Shown here piece after piece: positions 31,186-40,901 of a stretch of DNA of 64,000 bases. A program made the translations under genes and the position numbers. Source of the stretch: an uncultured Fibrobacteria bacterium (GTDB lineage: Bacteria > Fibrobacterota > Fibrobacteria > UBA11236); contig OY970309.1 in assembly GCA_963716395.1 (NCBI GenBank), forward strand, positions 544,001 through 608,000. The letters are read 5' to 3'. Each line of letters begins with the position of its first letter. Within the stretch, counting starts at the first letter, position 1. The notes below the pieces were generated by a model. It was not told where the DNA came from. It made no database searches and saw only the letters and a list, made by a program, of their open reading frames with translations.

Positions 31186-33933
31186 ATGATTGCATCGTCG
31201 CTTCGATCGTTGCTCGAAAAGCTGAACAAATACACGCGCACCTGCCTGGAAGGATCGGTGGGAGCGGCGGTGACGCGCGGGCATTACGAAGTCACGGCCA
31301 GCCATATTTTGTCGCAGGCGCTGGAAGAAGGCCACGGGGATTTGAGCTACATCCTGGCCTATTTCAAGGTGAACGGCGGTTTGTTCAAGAACGCCCTGCA
31401 ACAGGATTTAAAGGAACTCAAGGTCGGTAACACGGGCAAGCCGGTTTTCTCTCCGGCCATGATGAACCTGTTCGAAGCGGCCTGGATGGAGTCTTCGCTG
31501 AACCTGGGGCAAAGCCAAATCCGCACGGCGTCACTGCTTCTGGCCATGCGCCGCAATTCGGCGCAATTGTCGCCGGGTCTGGCCGATCAGTTGGCGTTGA
31601 TTTCGCCCGACGCCTTAACGGCGAAGTTCGACGAGATCACTTCGCAAAGCAAAGAAACCAACGAGGCCCCGCAAGGCGCGGGCCGCGGCGCCGACGGCCA
31701 GCCGGCCGAAGGCTCGGCCCTGCAGCAATTCACCGTCAACCTGACCGAACAGGCGCGGCAGGGAAAAATGGATCCGATTTTCGGACGCGACGATGAAATC
31801 CGCATGGTGATCGACATCCTGTCGCGGCGGCGCAAGAACAATCCCATTCTGGTGGGTGAAGCCGGCGTGGGTAAAACCGCGGTGGTCGAAGGCCTGGCGC
31901 TGAGCATCGCCCAAGGCAATGTTCCCGACATCCTGAAAGGCGTGGAAATCCGCAACCTCGACATGGGCCTGATGCAGGCCGGCGCGGGCGTGCGGGGAGA
32001 GTTCGAGAACCGGCTCAAGGGCGTGATTAAAGAAGTGAAGTCTTCACCCAAGCCGGTGATTCTGTTCATCGACGAAACCCACACCATCATCGGCGCGGGC
32101 GGCGAGGCGGGCCAGAACGACGCGGCCAATCTGCTCAAACCCGAAATGGCGCGGGGCGAATTGAAAATCATCGGCGCCACCACCCTGACCGAGTTCCGCA
32201 AGTACTTCGAGAAAGACCCGGCCATGGCCCGGCGCTTCCAAATGGTGCGGGTCGAAGAGCCCACTCCCGAAACCGCGGCCGTGATGCTGCGCGGGTTACG
32301 CGGACGTTACGAGGCTTTCCACGGCGTCAAGATCACCTACGAAGGCATCAAGTCGGCCTGCGAGCTGTCGAATAAGTTCATCGCCGGACGGCAATTGCCG
32401 GACAAGGCCGTGGATTTGCTCGACACCGCCGCGGCGCGCGTCAAAATGGGCCTCACCTCGAAGCCAGCCGCCTTGGTGAACCTGGAGCAGGCCATCGAGA
32501 ATTTGAACATCGAAATCGTAGCCCTGGAAAAAGACGAGGCCACGGGCGCGCTCATGAATATCGAAGCCCTGACCCATGCGCGCGAGAAGCTGGAAAGCGC
32601 CAAGGTGCAAACCGCGGAGCTGACGGGGCAATGGGAAAAGGAATTGGGCGCGGTGAAGGCCATCATCGCGCAGCAGGACAAACTCGAAGCCGCCAAGAAA
32701 CCCGCCGCGGGCCAGGCCGTCGACGCCGACGACGTGGCGCGTCTGCGCGCCGAATTGGATCAGCAGTGGAAAGGCTTGGAAGAGTTGCAGGGCGAAACCC
32801 CGCTGGTGCATGCGCATGTGGGCCCGGCCGTGGTGGCGCAAATCATCTCGGAATGGACGGGCATTCCCGCCGGCAACATGCTGAAGAACGAAGCCCAGTC
32901 TCTGCTCGACCTGGAAAAAACCATCGTGGAGCGCGTGGTGGGCCAGGATGAAAGCGTGGCCGAAATCGCGGCTTCGCTGCGCGCGGCCAAGCTCGGGCTC
33001 ACGCCGCCGGAAAAGCCGCTGGGCGTGTTTCTGGTCACCGGCCCTTCGGGCGTGGGCAAAACCGAGGTGGCCATGACCATCGCCGACATCCTCTTCGGCG
33101 GCGAGAAAAACGTGGTCACCATCAACATGTCCGAATACCAGGACAGTATGTCGGTGACCCAGCTCAAAGGCGCCAGCGCCGGCTACGTGGGCTATGGTGA
33201 CGGCGGCGTGCTCACCGAAGGGGTGCGCAAACGGCCCTATACCGTGGTGGTGCTCGACGAGGTGGAAAAGGCGCACAAAGACGTGCTCAACATGTTCTAC
33301 CAGGTGTTCGACAAAGGCTCGCTGCGCGACGGCGAAGGCCGCGACATCAATTTCCGCAACACGGTCATCCTCATGACCAGCAATCTGGGCCTGAACACCA
33401 TTACCGATCTCTGGAATGCGGGTCAGGCGGAAAACCTCGATCAGGTTCGCGCAGCCATTTTGCAGGAGCTCACCGATCATTTCCAGCCCGCCCTGCTGGC
33501 CCGCTGCAAGGTCGTGCCTTTTCTGCCGCTGGGCCCCGATCACCTTAGCCGCATCGTGGTGCTCAAGCTGATGAAGCTGGGGAAGCGGCTCATGGAGCGG
33601 CATAAGCTGGCCTTTGCCGTGGCGCCAGACGTCGTCAAGCAAATCGTGAATCTCTGCACGGTGGCGCAAAGCGGCGCCCGCAACATCGACAACATTCTCG
33701 ATCAGCGCCTCATGCCCGAAATTTCGCGGCAATTGCTGGGCGCCATGGCCGAAGGCAAGACCTACACCCATCTTTTCGTCAGCGGCGACGGCCAAGACGA
33801 TTTTACCCTCAACTTTTCCCAAGGCGATTTTGAAATGCCCCCGGAAGCCGAAAGCGAGGGCGAATCCGCGGGCGAAGAGCCCATGTCCGCCGCCGCCGAG
33901 CAACCGGCCGAAACCGCCGAATCGTCGGCTTGA
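31186..33933 (+). CDS. tssH: ClpV/TssH-type AAA+ ATPase
   Basis: ClpV-type N-domain (LRSLLEKLN...LEG...RGHYEV), RRRKNNPILVGEAGVGKT, FIDETH, GPSGVGKT, INMSEYQD...LKG...GYVGYGDGGVLTE. Confidence 0.85.
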   Translation: MIASSLRSLLEKLNKYTRTCLEGSVGAAVTRGHYEVTASHILSQALEEGHGDLSYILAYFKVNGGLFKNALQQDLKELKVGNTGKPVFSPAMMNLFEAAWMESSLNLGQSQIRTASLLLAMRRNSAQLSPGLADQLALISPDALTAKFDEITSQSKETNEAPQGAGRGADGQPAEGSALQQFTVNLTEQARQGKMDPIFGRDDEIRMVIDILSRRRKNNPILVGEAGVGKTAVVEGLALSIAQGNVPDILKGVEIRNLDMGLMQAGAGVRGEFENRLKGVIKEVKSSPKPVILFIDETHTIIGAGGEAGQNDAANLLKPEMARGELKIIGATTLTEFRKYFEKDPAMARRFQMVRVEEPTPETAAVMLRGLRGRYEAFHGVKITYEGIKSACELSNKFIAGRQLPDKAVDLLDTAAARVKMGLTSKPAALVNLEQAIENLNIEIVALEKDEATGALMNIEALTHAREKLESAKVQTAELTGQWEKELGAVKAIIAQQDKLEAAKKPAAGQAVDADDVARLRAELDQQWKGLEELQGETPLVHAHVGPAVVAQIISEWTGIPAGNMLKNEAQSLLDLEKTIVERVVGQDESVAEIAASLRAAKLGLTPPEKPLGVFLVTGPSGVGKTEVAMTIADILFGGEKNVVTINMSEYQDSMSVTQLKGASAGYVGYGDGGVLTEGVRKRPYTVVVLDEVEKAHKDVLNMFYQVFDKGSLRDGEGRDINFRNTVILMTSNLGLNTITDLWNAGQAENLDQVRAAILQELTDHFQPALLARCKVVPFLPLGPDHLSRIVVLKLMKLGKRLMERHKLAFAVAPDVVKQIVNLCTVAQSGARNIDNILDQRLMPEISRQLLGAMAEGKTYTHLFVSGDGQDDFTLNFSQGDFEMPPEAESEGESAGEEPMSAAAEQPAETAESSA

Positions 33934-33975
33934 TCGCCGCGGTCAAACCCGACCCGCGAAACTAGGTTTTGCATG

Positions 33976-34605
33976 ATGCGGAACGTCTTGCTGCTCGTTC
34001 TCCTTGCCTTGACCGGCAAGGTCGCGGCAGCTTCCGCCGGAGGTGGAGATCCGCTCGATACCACCAAGGTCAAAGCCCTGTATCTGGCCGGCGACTTCGA
34101 TCAAGACATCAAATGGATTGCATCCCGTTTTGAAAGCCCCACTCCCATCACCCATGTCGACAGTGCCTTCGGTTTGAAGTATTTGGGTGTGATGCGGGCG
34201 GCCAATGATCAGACCTGGGAAAAAGGAAAGAACGATTTGCGTCGCATGCTCGCCCTCGACCCTTCGGCCACCATCGACGCCCTGGGCGCCAGCGACCGCA
34301 TCAACGCCATGTTCCATGATTTGCAGCTTGAAGCCAAGGTGCCTCCCCATCCGCTTCCTGCCGCGGCCAACCAAACCGCCTCGGCGGGAAACATGACGCC
34401 CGCGGATTCGGCCGCCACCGCCGCGTCCCAAGCCCAGGCCCGAAATCCGCACGCTGCGGGATCGGAGACCACCCAACGGCCTTCGCGGACCTGGATGTGG
34501 GTGGCCGGCGGCGCCGGCACGGTGGCCCTGGGAACAGCCTTGGTGCTGTGGGTGTCCTCCGGCGGCACTTCGATCGTAACGCAAAGCATCAAAGTCGGTA
34601 ACTGA
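33976..34605 (+). CDS. Hypothetical exported protein (TPR-like N-terminal part, hydrophobic C-terminal segment)
   Basis: Signal peptide; LYLAGDF...YLGV...LALDP; C-terminal WMWVAGGAGTVALG. Confidence 0.7.
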   Translation: MRNVLLLVLLALTGKVAAASAGGGDPLDTTKVKALYLAGDFDQDIKWIASRFESPTPITHVDSAFGLKYLGVMRAANDQTWEKGKNDLRRMLALDPSATIDALGASDRINAMFHDLQLEAKVPPHPLPAAANQTASAGNMTPADSAATAASQAQARNPHAAGSETTQRPSRTWMWVAGGAGTVALGTALVLWVSSGGTSIVTQSIKVGN

Positions 34606-34627
34606 AAGAATCGGGTTGCCGCTGACT

Positions 34628-36844
34628 ATGAAAACCTTCGGAATCTTGCTGGCCGCCCTCTGGGTGGGATGGTTATGCAACGGCTGCATGACCGGAAACC
34701 AAAAAATCGAACGCACCATCAATTGGAAGCTGAGCGACTCGATGGTCAGCTATGACAGCGTGGTCATCACCCTGACCGACACGGGAAAAACCGTGGTATA
34801 CGACACCATTCAAAACGGCAAGCTGAACAATCCCTCTTCCCTCGCGCCTTACACGGTGCCCGACAGCATTCCGGCGAACTTCCGGGTGCAAATTTTCGGA
34901 TTGGACGCGCAGGGTGACACCTTGTATGCGTCTTCGTTCCTGGTGAACGCCGATGGGAAAATCGTGTCGCAATCCCCTTCTCTTTCGCAATTACTGCCGA
35001 CCGGTTTGAGCTTTTCCGCGGGCACCTTGGTTCCGGGCTTCTCGCCTTTGACTTCGAATTACAACCTGCTGGCACCGTACAGTGCCTCATCCCTCTCGGT
35101 GACGGCTACGGCCGATTCGTCGGTGCTTCTGCTCTGGAACGGCGATACCTTGCGCTCCGATGTCTCCGCCGGCTTTTCGGTGCCGGTTGGCACCACAAAT
35201 TTCATGCTGACCCTGGCGGCGAAGGACGGCAGCGCCGAGAACCGCATCACCATCAAGGTGCAGCGCGCGGCGGGCAGCGAGGCCCGGCTGCAATCCCTGG
35301 CCGTCGGTGCGGCGGGACTGTCGCCGACGTTCAATCCCGACAGCCTCAGCTACGCTTTGGTGCTGCCCGCCGACTCGGATTCGGTGGCCTTCGCTCCCGC
35401 GACCATGGATTCGAGCGCCGTCCTTCGCGTCACACTCGACAGTACCGCGCTCGCGCCGCAAAACGGCGGCTACGAGGTTTTGGTGCCGGCCACCGGCACG
35501 GTAACGCTGCGGTTCAAAGTGACGTCCGCCGATCAAACGACTACCAAGACCTATGTCATTGCGGTATCGCGCGCGGCCAGCAATGACGCCTCGCTGTCAA
35601 ACCTCGGCCTCTCCCAAGGCCCGCTGATTCCGACCTTTGACCCCGTCCTGAACACCTATTACGCCACCGTCGACACCAACAGCATTGCCCTGACCGCGAC
35701 GGCCCGGCATGCCTTGGCCCAAATCACGGTGAACAACAATCCGGTGACCTCGGGTGTGGCTTCCAGACCCATCGCCCTTCTGGTGGGCCAAAATCCCATC
35801 GTCGTGGCCGTGACCGCGCCCGACGGCAAAACCAAAACCGCCTATACCGTCACCGTTGAGCGGGTTTCCAACAACGCCCTGCTTACCAATCTCGCGCTGG
35901 ACTCGGCGTCGCTCGACAGCACCTTTCTTCCCAACCGCTTTTCCTATCGGGTCACCGTACCGCGCGTAAAATCGAGCCTGCGGCTTACCGCCCAGGCCGC
36001 CGACGCCAACGCCACGGTGTCGGTGTCTTTGGATAGCGTCACCTACACGGGTACGGCGGGCGTCTACGATTTTCCCCTGCAAGTGGGAGACAACCTGGTT
36101 CAGATCAAGGTGGTCGCGGCCAGCGGCGATGTGGATCTGTACAACCTGCTGGTGACGCGCACGCCTTCGGCCAACGACACTCTGAAACAGATGTACTTCA
36201 ACAAAAACAACAGCCTGACCCCCCAAATCCTCTTGAATCCCATTCCCAATGCGTTCTATACCGACACGCTGGCGTATACCGACAGCGTGCTCAACTTCGG
36301 CCCCGAGCCGCAAGATTCCAATGCCCTGGTGGTCATGAATTACCAGCAACCCGCCATCGTGGGCCAGGATACGATTTACCTGCCGCTGGAAACCGATTCG
36401 CTGCCCGGCGGCGGAACCGTAAACCTGCGGCCGCCCCCGGGGCCATCCGTGATTAGCGCCACGGTTATCGCCGAAAACCGCGTCGCGAAATTGACCTACA
36501 CCATTCGCGTTTTCCACCGCTACAGCAACATCGCCAGTCTCTCCCATCTCGAATTGATGGGCGCGAATTTCGACAACAACGACACCCTGCTGACTTTAAC
36601 CCCGAGTTTTGCGTACAACGTTCTATCCTACTCGGCGACGACATTTGGAGATTCCGTGCAAGTGCGGCCCACCACGTCCGACAGCTCGGCTAAGGTGACG
36701 GTGAATGGGGCGCCGGTGCCGTCGGGAACCTTGTCGGCGTCCATCGCCTACCCCGCCTACATCAGCATCAAAATCGTGGTGACGGCCCAGGATAAAACCA
36801 CGACCGAAACCTATTCGCTTGCGGTGGGCAAAATCGCTTTCTGA
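34628..36844 (+). CDS. Lipoprotein with multiple cadherin-like beta-sandwich domains
   Basis: Lipobox-like CNGC; repeated S-N-x-A-x-L-x-x-L...P-x-F...Y...VTA-x-D-x-T-x-x-Y-x-x-x-V-x-R units. Confidence 0.85.
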   Translation: MKTFGILLAALWVGWLCNGCMTGNQKIERTINWKLSDSMVSYDSVVITLTDTGKTVVYDTIQNGKLNNPSSLAPYTVPDSIPANFRVQIFGLDAQGDTLYASSFLVNADGKIVSQSPSLSQLLPTGLSFSAGTLVPGFSPLTSNYNLLAPYSASSLSVTATADSSVLLLWNGDTLRSDVSAGFSVPVGTTNFMLTLAAKDGSAENRITIKVQRAAGSEARLQSLAVGAAGLSPTFNPDSLSYALVLPADSDSVAFAPATMDSSAVLRVTLDSTALAPQNGGYEVLVPATGTVTLRFKVTSADQTTTKTYVIAVSRAASNDASLSNLGLSQGPLIPTFDPVLNTYYATVDTNSIALTATARHALAQITVNNNPVTSGVASRPIALLVGQNPIVVAVTAPDGKTKTAYTVTVERVSNNALLTNLALDSASLDSTFLPNRFSYRVTVPRVKSSLRLTAQAADANATVSVSLDSVTYTGTAGVYDFPLQVGDNLVQIKVVAASGDVDLYNLLVTRTPSANDTLKQMYFNKNNSLTPQILLNPIPNAFYTDTLAYTDSVLNFGPEPQDSNALVVMNYQQPAIVGQDTIYLPLETDSLPGGGTVNLRPPPGPSVISATVIAENRVAKLTYTIRVFHRYSNIASLSHLELMGANFDNNDTLLTLTPSFAYNVLSYSATTFGDSVQVRPTTSDSSAKVTVNGAPVPSGTLSASIAYPAYISIKIVVTAQDKTTTETYSLAVGKIAF

Positions 36845-36906
36845 AAAGACGACGCCGGCGGCTCGGCCGTCGTAAGGATTTACTTTTCCCGATCAATCGG
36901 ATCGTC

Positions 36907-37944
36907 ATGCGCATTGAAATCCAGGAAGTGACCAAGCGGTTCGAGTCGACCCAGGCCCTCGACCGCGTCTCGCTCGAAATTCCCCATGGCGAATTGGTGG
37001 CTTTGCTGGGCCCTTCGGGCTGCGGCAAGACGACCCTCTTGCGCATCATCGCGGGACTCGAAGCGCCTGACGCCGGCGAAGTGCGCCTTGACGGCGGGCG
37101 GGCCGGCGACCTGGCCGTGCACGAGCGCCGGATCGGCTTCGTGTTCCAACATTACGCCCTGTTCCGCCACATGAGCGTGCGCGACAATATCGGATTTTCC
37201 CTGCGCATGCAGAAACGGCCCAAAGACGAAATCCGCGAGCGGGTCGACGCCTTGCTGAAATTGATCCAACTCCAGGGTATGGCCGAGCGCTTTCCGGCAC
37301 AACTCTCCGGCGGTCAGAAACAGCGCGTGGCCTTGGCGCGCGCGCTGGCCGCGCGTCCTTCGGTGCTGCTGCTCGACGAGCCCTTCGGCGCGCTGGATGC
37401 CCAGGTGCGCCAGGATTTGCGCCGCTGGCTGCGCAATTTGCACGACGAGATTCGCATCACGTCGGTGTTCGTAACCCACGATCAGGACGAAGCCTTCGAA
37501 GTCTCGGATCGCGTCGTCATTCTCAACCGCGGCCGCGTCGAGCAAATCGGATCGCCCGAAGACATCTTCCATCATCCGGCCAACGCCTTTGTCATGAATT
37601 TTCTGGGCAACGTGAACATCTTCCATACCCGCCTTGAAGCCGGAGTTCCCGGGCATTTGGAGCTGGCGCCGCCGCAAACCCCGGGCGCGCAGGCGGTGTT
37701 CGTGCGGCCGCATGATCTGTCGCTCAAACCCTTCCGCGAAAACCCCGCCTCCATCCCGGGAGTCATCGCGCACGTGCGTACCGTGGGGCTTTCCACACGC
37801 GTGAGCCTGACCGTTCCCGGCGGCACACAACTGCAAGTGGAAATTTCCGCGGAGGAATTTCAGACCCTGGGTTTGAAAAAAGGCGATGCGGCCTTTGCGA
37901 CCCCGAAAGAGGTCAAGGTCTTCAACGACGATTATTCGATTTGA
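36907..37944 (+). CDS. cysA: Sulfate/thiosulfate ABC transporter ATP-binding subunit
   Basis: [40 protein letters not shown] domain, terminal DYSI. Confidence 0.88.
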   Translation: MRIEIQEVTKRFESTQALDRVSLEIPHGELVALLGPSGCGKTTLLRIIAGLEAPDAGEVRLDGGRAGDLAVHERRIGFVFQHYALFRHMSVRDNIGFSLRMQKRPKDEIRERVDALLKLIQLQGMAERFPAQLSGGQKQRVALARALAARPSVLLLDEPFGALDAQVRQDLRRWLRNLHDEIRITSVFVTHDQDEAFEVSDRVVILNRGRVEQIGSPEDIFHHPANAFVMNFLGNVNIFHTRLEAGVPGHLELAPPQTPGAQAVFVRPHDLSLKPFRENPASIPGVIAHVRTVGLSTRVSLTVPGGTQLQVEISAEEFQTLGLKKGDAAFATPKEVKVFNDDYSI

Positions 37945-38019
37945 GCAACGCCCGTCGGCTGCACGCGGGGGATGCCATCGCCGGGCGAAGAATCGATCCG
38001 CCGAAGGTATAATTGTCCC

Positions 38020-38823
38020 ATGCCGCTTTCCGCCTGGCCCCACCCCTTTGTGATCGCGGTAGCCGCCGTGGTCGGATCCATGCTCGGATCTTTTTTCAAC
38101 GTGGTGATTTACCGCGTGCCCCGCGGCGAGTCGATCGTATTTCCGGCTTCGCGCTGTCCGCAATGCGGGCATCGCATCCGCCCCTGGGAAAACCTTCCCG
38201 TCTTGTCTTGGCTGTGGCTGCGGGGCCGCTGCTCGCAATGCCGCGCCCGCATCAGCGCGCAGTACCCGCTCGTTGAAGCCGCCACCGGATTGTGGGCCGC
38301 GCTGCTCGTCGGGGATCTGCTCCGCCATCCCCAACCGCCGGGATCGGCCGCGGCCTATTTGTACTTCGCGCTCTGCGCCTTGCCCATCACCCTCGTCGAC
38401 CTGCGCCATTACCTGATTCCCGACGCCTTGACCTTGCCCGGAATTTTGATCGCCTTCGCGCTGGCCTTTCTTCCCGGCGGGCTCACGCCCTGGCAAGCCT
38501 TGGCCGGCGGCTTCTGCGCCGGCTTGGCGCTGTGGGCCGTGGGCGCGGTGTCGACGCGCCTTTTGAAAAAAGAAGCCATGGGTTTCGGCGACGTGAAATT
38601 GCTGGCCTTGGCCGGCGCCTGCTTCGGGTGGAAAGCCGCCCTCTTAGGGCTGGGAGTCGCTTCGGTGCTGGGCACTTTGGTCGGCCTGCCGCTTCTCCTC
38701 GCGCGTCGGTTGAATGCGGAGCGCCATATTCCCTTCGGCCCCTTTCTGTGCGCAGGCGTGCTGCTGGCCGCCCGCTTCAGCGGCCCCCTGGTGAACTGGT
38801 ATTTGCATTTCGGCCTACCCTGA
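38020..38823 (+). CDS. pilD: Prepilin peptidase/N-methyltransferase
   Basis: GSFFNVVIYRVP, two CxxC motifs, MGFGDVKL, IPFGPFL. Confidence 0.95.
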   Translation: MPLSAWPHPFVIAVAAVVGSMLGSFFNVVIYRVPRGESIVFPASRCPQCGHRIRPWENLPVLSWLWLRGRCSQCRARISAQYPLVEAATGLWAALLVGDLLRHPQPPGSAAAYLYFALCALPITLVDLRHYLIPDALTLPGILIAFALAFLPGGLTPWQALAGGFCAGLALWAVGAVSTRLLKKEAMGFGDVKLLALAGACFGWKAALLGLGVASVLGTLVGLPLLLARRLNAERHIPFGPFLCAGVLLAARFSGPLVNWYLHFGLP

Positions 38824-38856
38824 GGCCGGGGCGCGCTTTTCAACCATTTATAGCGC

Positions 38857-38887
38857 AAAAAAAAGACGGCGGACGGATCCGCCGTCT
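38857..38887 (-). terminator. Intrinsic terminator of the first DS-repeat lipoprotein gene
   Basis: AGACGGCGGA-CGGA-TCCGCCGTCT stem with 8-T tail on the minus strand. Confidence 0.85.
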
Positions 38888-38913
38888 CAATTCCGGATTT
38901 GCAATCCCTGCTG

Positions 38914-39393
38914 CTACCGGCGGAACCGGCGGTAAAAGCGGTGGAATCCGCCATGAAACCTGAACAGCGAGGAATCGGCCGTTGTATCCATTTTCCAATT
39001 CGCGGCAATCGAATCCCGGGCATGGAAAAGCGAATCCAACACCGAATCGCGGTGGGCCTTGCGCAGCGCCAGTACCGAATCCATTTTCTCCCGGCGCGCG
39101 GCCCGAATGGAATCCATTCCGCTCGACTGCATTATCGAGTCGAGAAGATGCCGATCCACCGCCAGCACCGAATCCATATTATGCCGGATCCTCATCAGCG
39201 TCGAGTCGACGCCGGTGGGAACCGCACCCGAGTCGGACGAGTCGGAAGCCACCCGGGCCGAGGCGCTGTTGGCCGTCGGCGCATACGACGAGGGCGAACC
39301 GTCGTTCCCCATGCATCCCACCATGGCGCCGGACAGCGCCAGGCCGCCCAGAACGGTCATCGCTTTCCAAGATTTCCAAGCTTGCAAATTCAT
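38914..39393 (-). CDS. DS-motif-rich lipoprotein A
   Basis: Lipobox MVGC; RBS GGGGAG; 12 of 14 Asp followed by Ser/Thr. Confidence 0.8.
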   Translation of the reverse strand: MNLQAWKSWKAMTVLGGLALSGAMVGCMGNDGSPSSYAPTANSASARVASDSSDSGAVPTGVDSTLMRIRHNMDSVLAVDRHLLDSIMQSSGMDSIRAARREKMDSVLALRKAHRDSVLDSLFHARDSIAANWKMDTTADSSLFRFHGGFHRFYRRFRR

Positions 39394-39595
39394 AACACTC
39401 CCCCCTTCTTTATTTGCTGCGGATTTTTCCTTCTCCCACTCACCTGCGGAACCATCATGGATTTTCGTTGCAGGTTCAGGGGAGTAATATACCCCAGGAG
39501 TAAATGAAAGTCGATGTAAACAATATTTCCGCAGGGAACGTCGTTACCTTGTTGCGCGGCGATCGGGTGCCGCGCGGATCCAATCCCGAAGGGGC

Positions 39596-39627
39596 AAAAA
39601 AAAGACGGCGGATGAATCCGCCGTCTT
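39596..39627 (-). terminator. Intrinsic terminator of the second DS-repeat lipoprotein gene
   Basis: AAGACGGCGGAT/ATCCGCCGTCTT stem with T tail; nearly identical to 38857-38887. Confidence 0.85.
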
Positions 39628-39647
39628 CTGTTTATGAAGCGCTGCTC

Positions 39648-40313
39648 TCAGCGATGGAAGGGAGGGGGAAACCCGCCGCCCATGCCCATGCCGAACCGCA
39701 GGGTGTCCAGAGTCGAATCGGCTTTATACTTGGCTTCGATGGAGTCGCGTATCTTCGCCGCGTTCGCCCAGATCGAATCGAGGTTGACGTTCGTCCACAT
39801 CGAATCGGGATGGGTGGTCCAGGCCGAATCGGGATGGCTGGCCCAAACCGAATCCAGTTTGACCTTCCAATGCACCAACACCGAATCCATCATGCTACGC
39901 GCTGCCGCCGAGTCGAAGTCATGACGACTTTTCGCCCAAGCCGAATCGAGTTTGAACGCGGTGTCGGTTGAATCGATGTCGTGGTGGATTTTCGACAGCG
40001 CCGAGTCGAGCTTGCCGGTATGCGCGGCCCAAGCCGAATCGGTATCGCACTTCATTCCCACCGAATCCATGCCGTGATGGCCCTGGACCAACACCGAATC
40101 CAGAAAATGACGGCTATCGGTGAAGATCGAGTCCATGTTGTGATGGGCCCGGGTCGTATCGGCGACCATGAGGGCCGACGTCGAAGCGGCATTCGAATTC
40201 GGCGAAAAGGTCGCCGCGGTTGGGCTGTCAGTTCCCATACATCCAATTACGGAGCTCACAATGATGAGTCCTCCGCCCCAAATCGCCAGTGGTTTCCATG
40301 CTTTCCCGTTCAT
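39648..40313 (-). CDS. DS-motif-rich lipoprotein B (paralog of A)
   Basis: Lipobox VIGC; shared M-N-x-x-A-W-K...GCMG and HNMDS...HxLDS with A; 21 of 23 Asp followed by Ser/Thr. Confidence 0.8.
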   Translation of the reverse strand: MNGKAWKPLAIWGGGLIIVSSVIGCMGTDSPTAATFSPNSNAASTSALMVADTTRAHHNMDSIFTDSRHFLDSVLVQGHHGMDSVGMKCDTDSAWAAHTGKLDSALSKIHHDIDSTDTAFKLDSAWAKSRHDFDSAAARSMMDSVLVHWKVKLDSVWASHPDSAWTTHPDSMWTNVNLDSIWANAAKIRDSIEAKYKADSTLDTLRFGMGMGGGFPPPFHR

Positions 40314-40901
40314 CTCTTTTCCCCTTTGTTTCTTTGGTTGTGAATCATACGCCGGCGTCGTGATTCTCTCTAGGCTTGACGCCTTGCGGAATAATTTACG
40401 CATGGCATTAGTTTCAAGCGAGAGGTTTTGATCAATATTTTTCCGCGCCCGCTCACCTGCACCTTTGCGTTCACCCCGCTGTACCAAAGCGTACGCCGTT
40501 CGCTTTCAAATTCGGAAAATCGAACAAGAATCCGGCTTGTGGGTCGCCTCAAAACCGCATCACGAAACACGTCGGCAACCTTGCGGATTTCGAAGGACAT
40601 GCGAATGATGCCCGGCCCCGAAATAAAAATTTTTCATGCCGCCCGATCGCGACTACCCTCGCATGGGAAACATACGTGATACCTTCGGAATTTTCCCCGG
40701 CGATCCGAAACGAAGATCGCCTCCGCGCCTTGGGGCAGTCATCCGCCGCGCCTCGACGGTCCGTGACCTTGAAATCTCTCCGCCCGGCTTGTTTCAAAAT
40801 CGTGACTAAATCGGAGCTTTTTTCTACCTTCGCAGCCTTATCAATTAAAATAAGCGCCTCCAGGCGCTTGCCTCCCAGAACAGCCGGATCGGGGATTCAG
40901 C

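Noticed and set aside
32296-33903. 535-aa minus-strand ORF
   Set aside because: Antisense shadow of clpV
36880-38496. 538-aa minus-strand ORF
   Set aside because: Antisense to cysA and pilD; typical shadow composition
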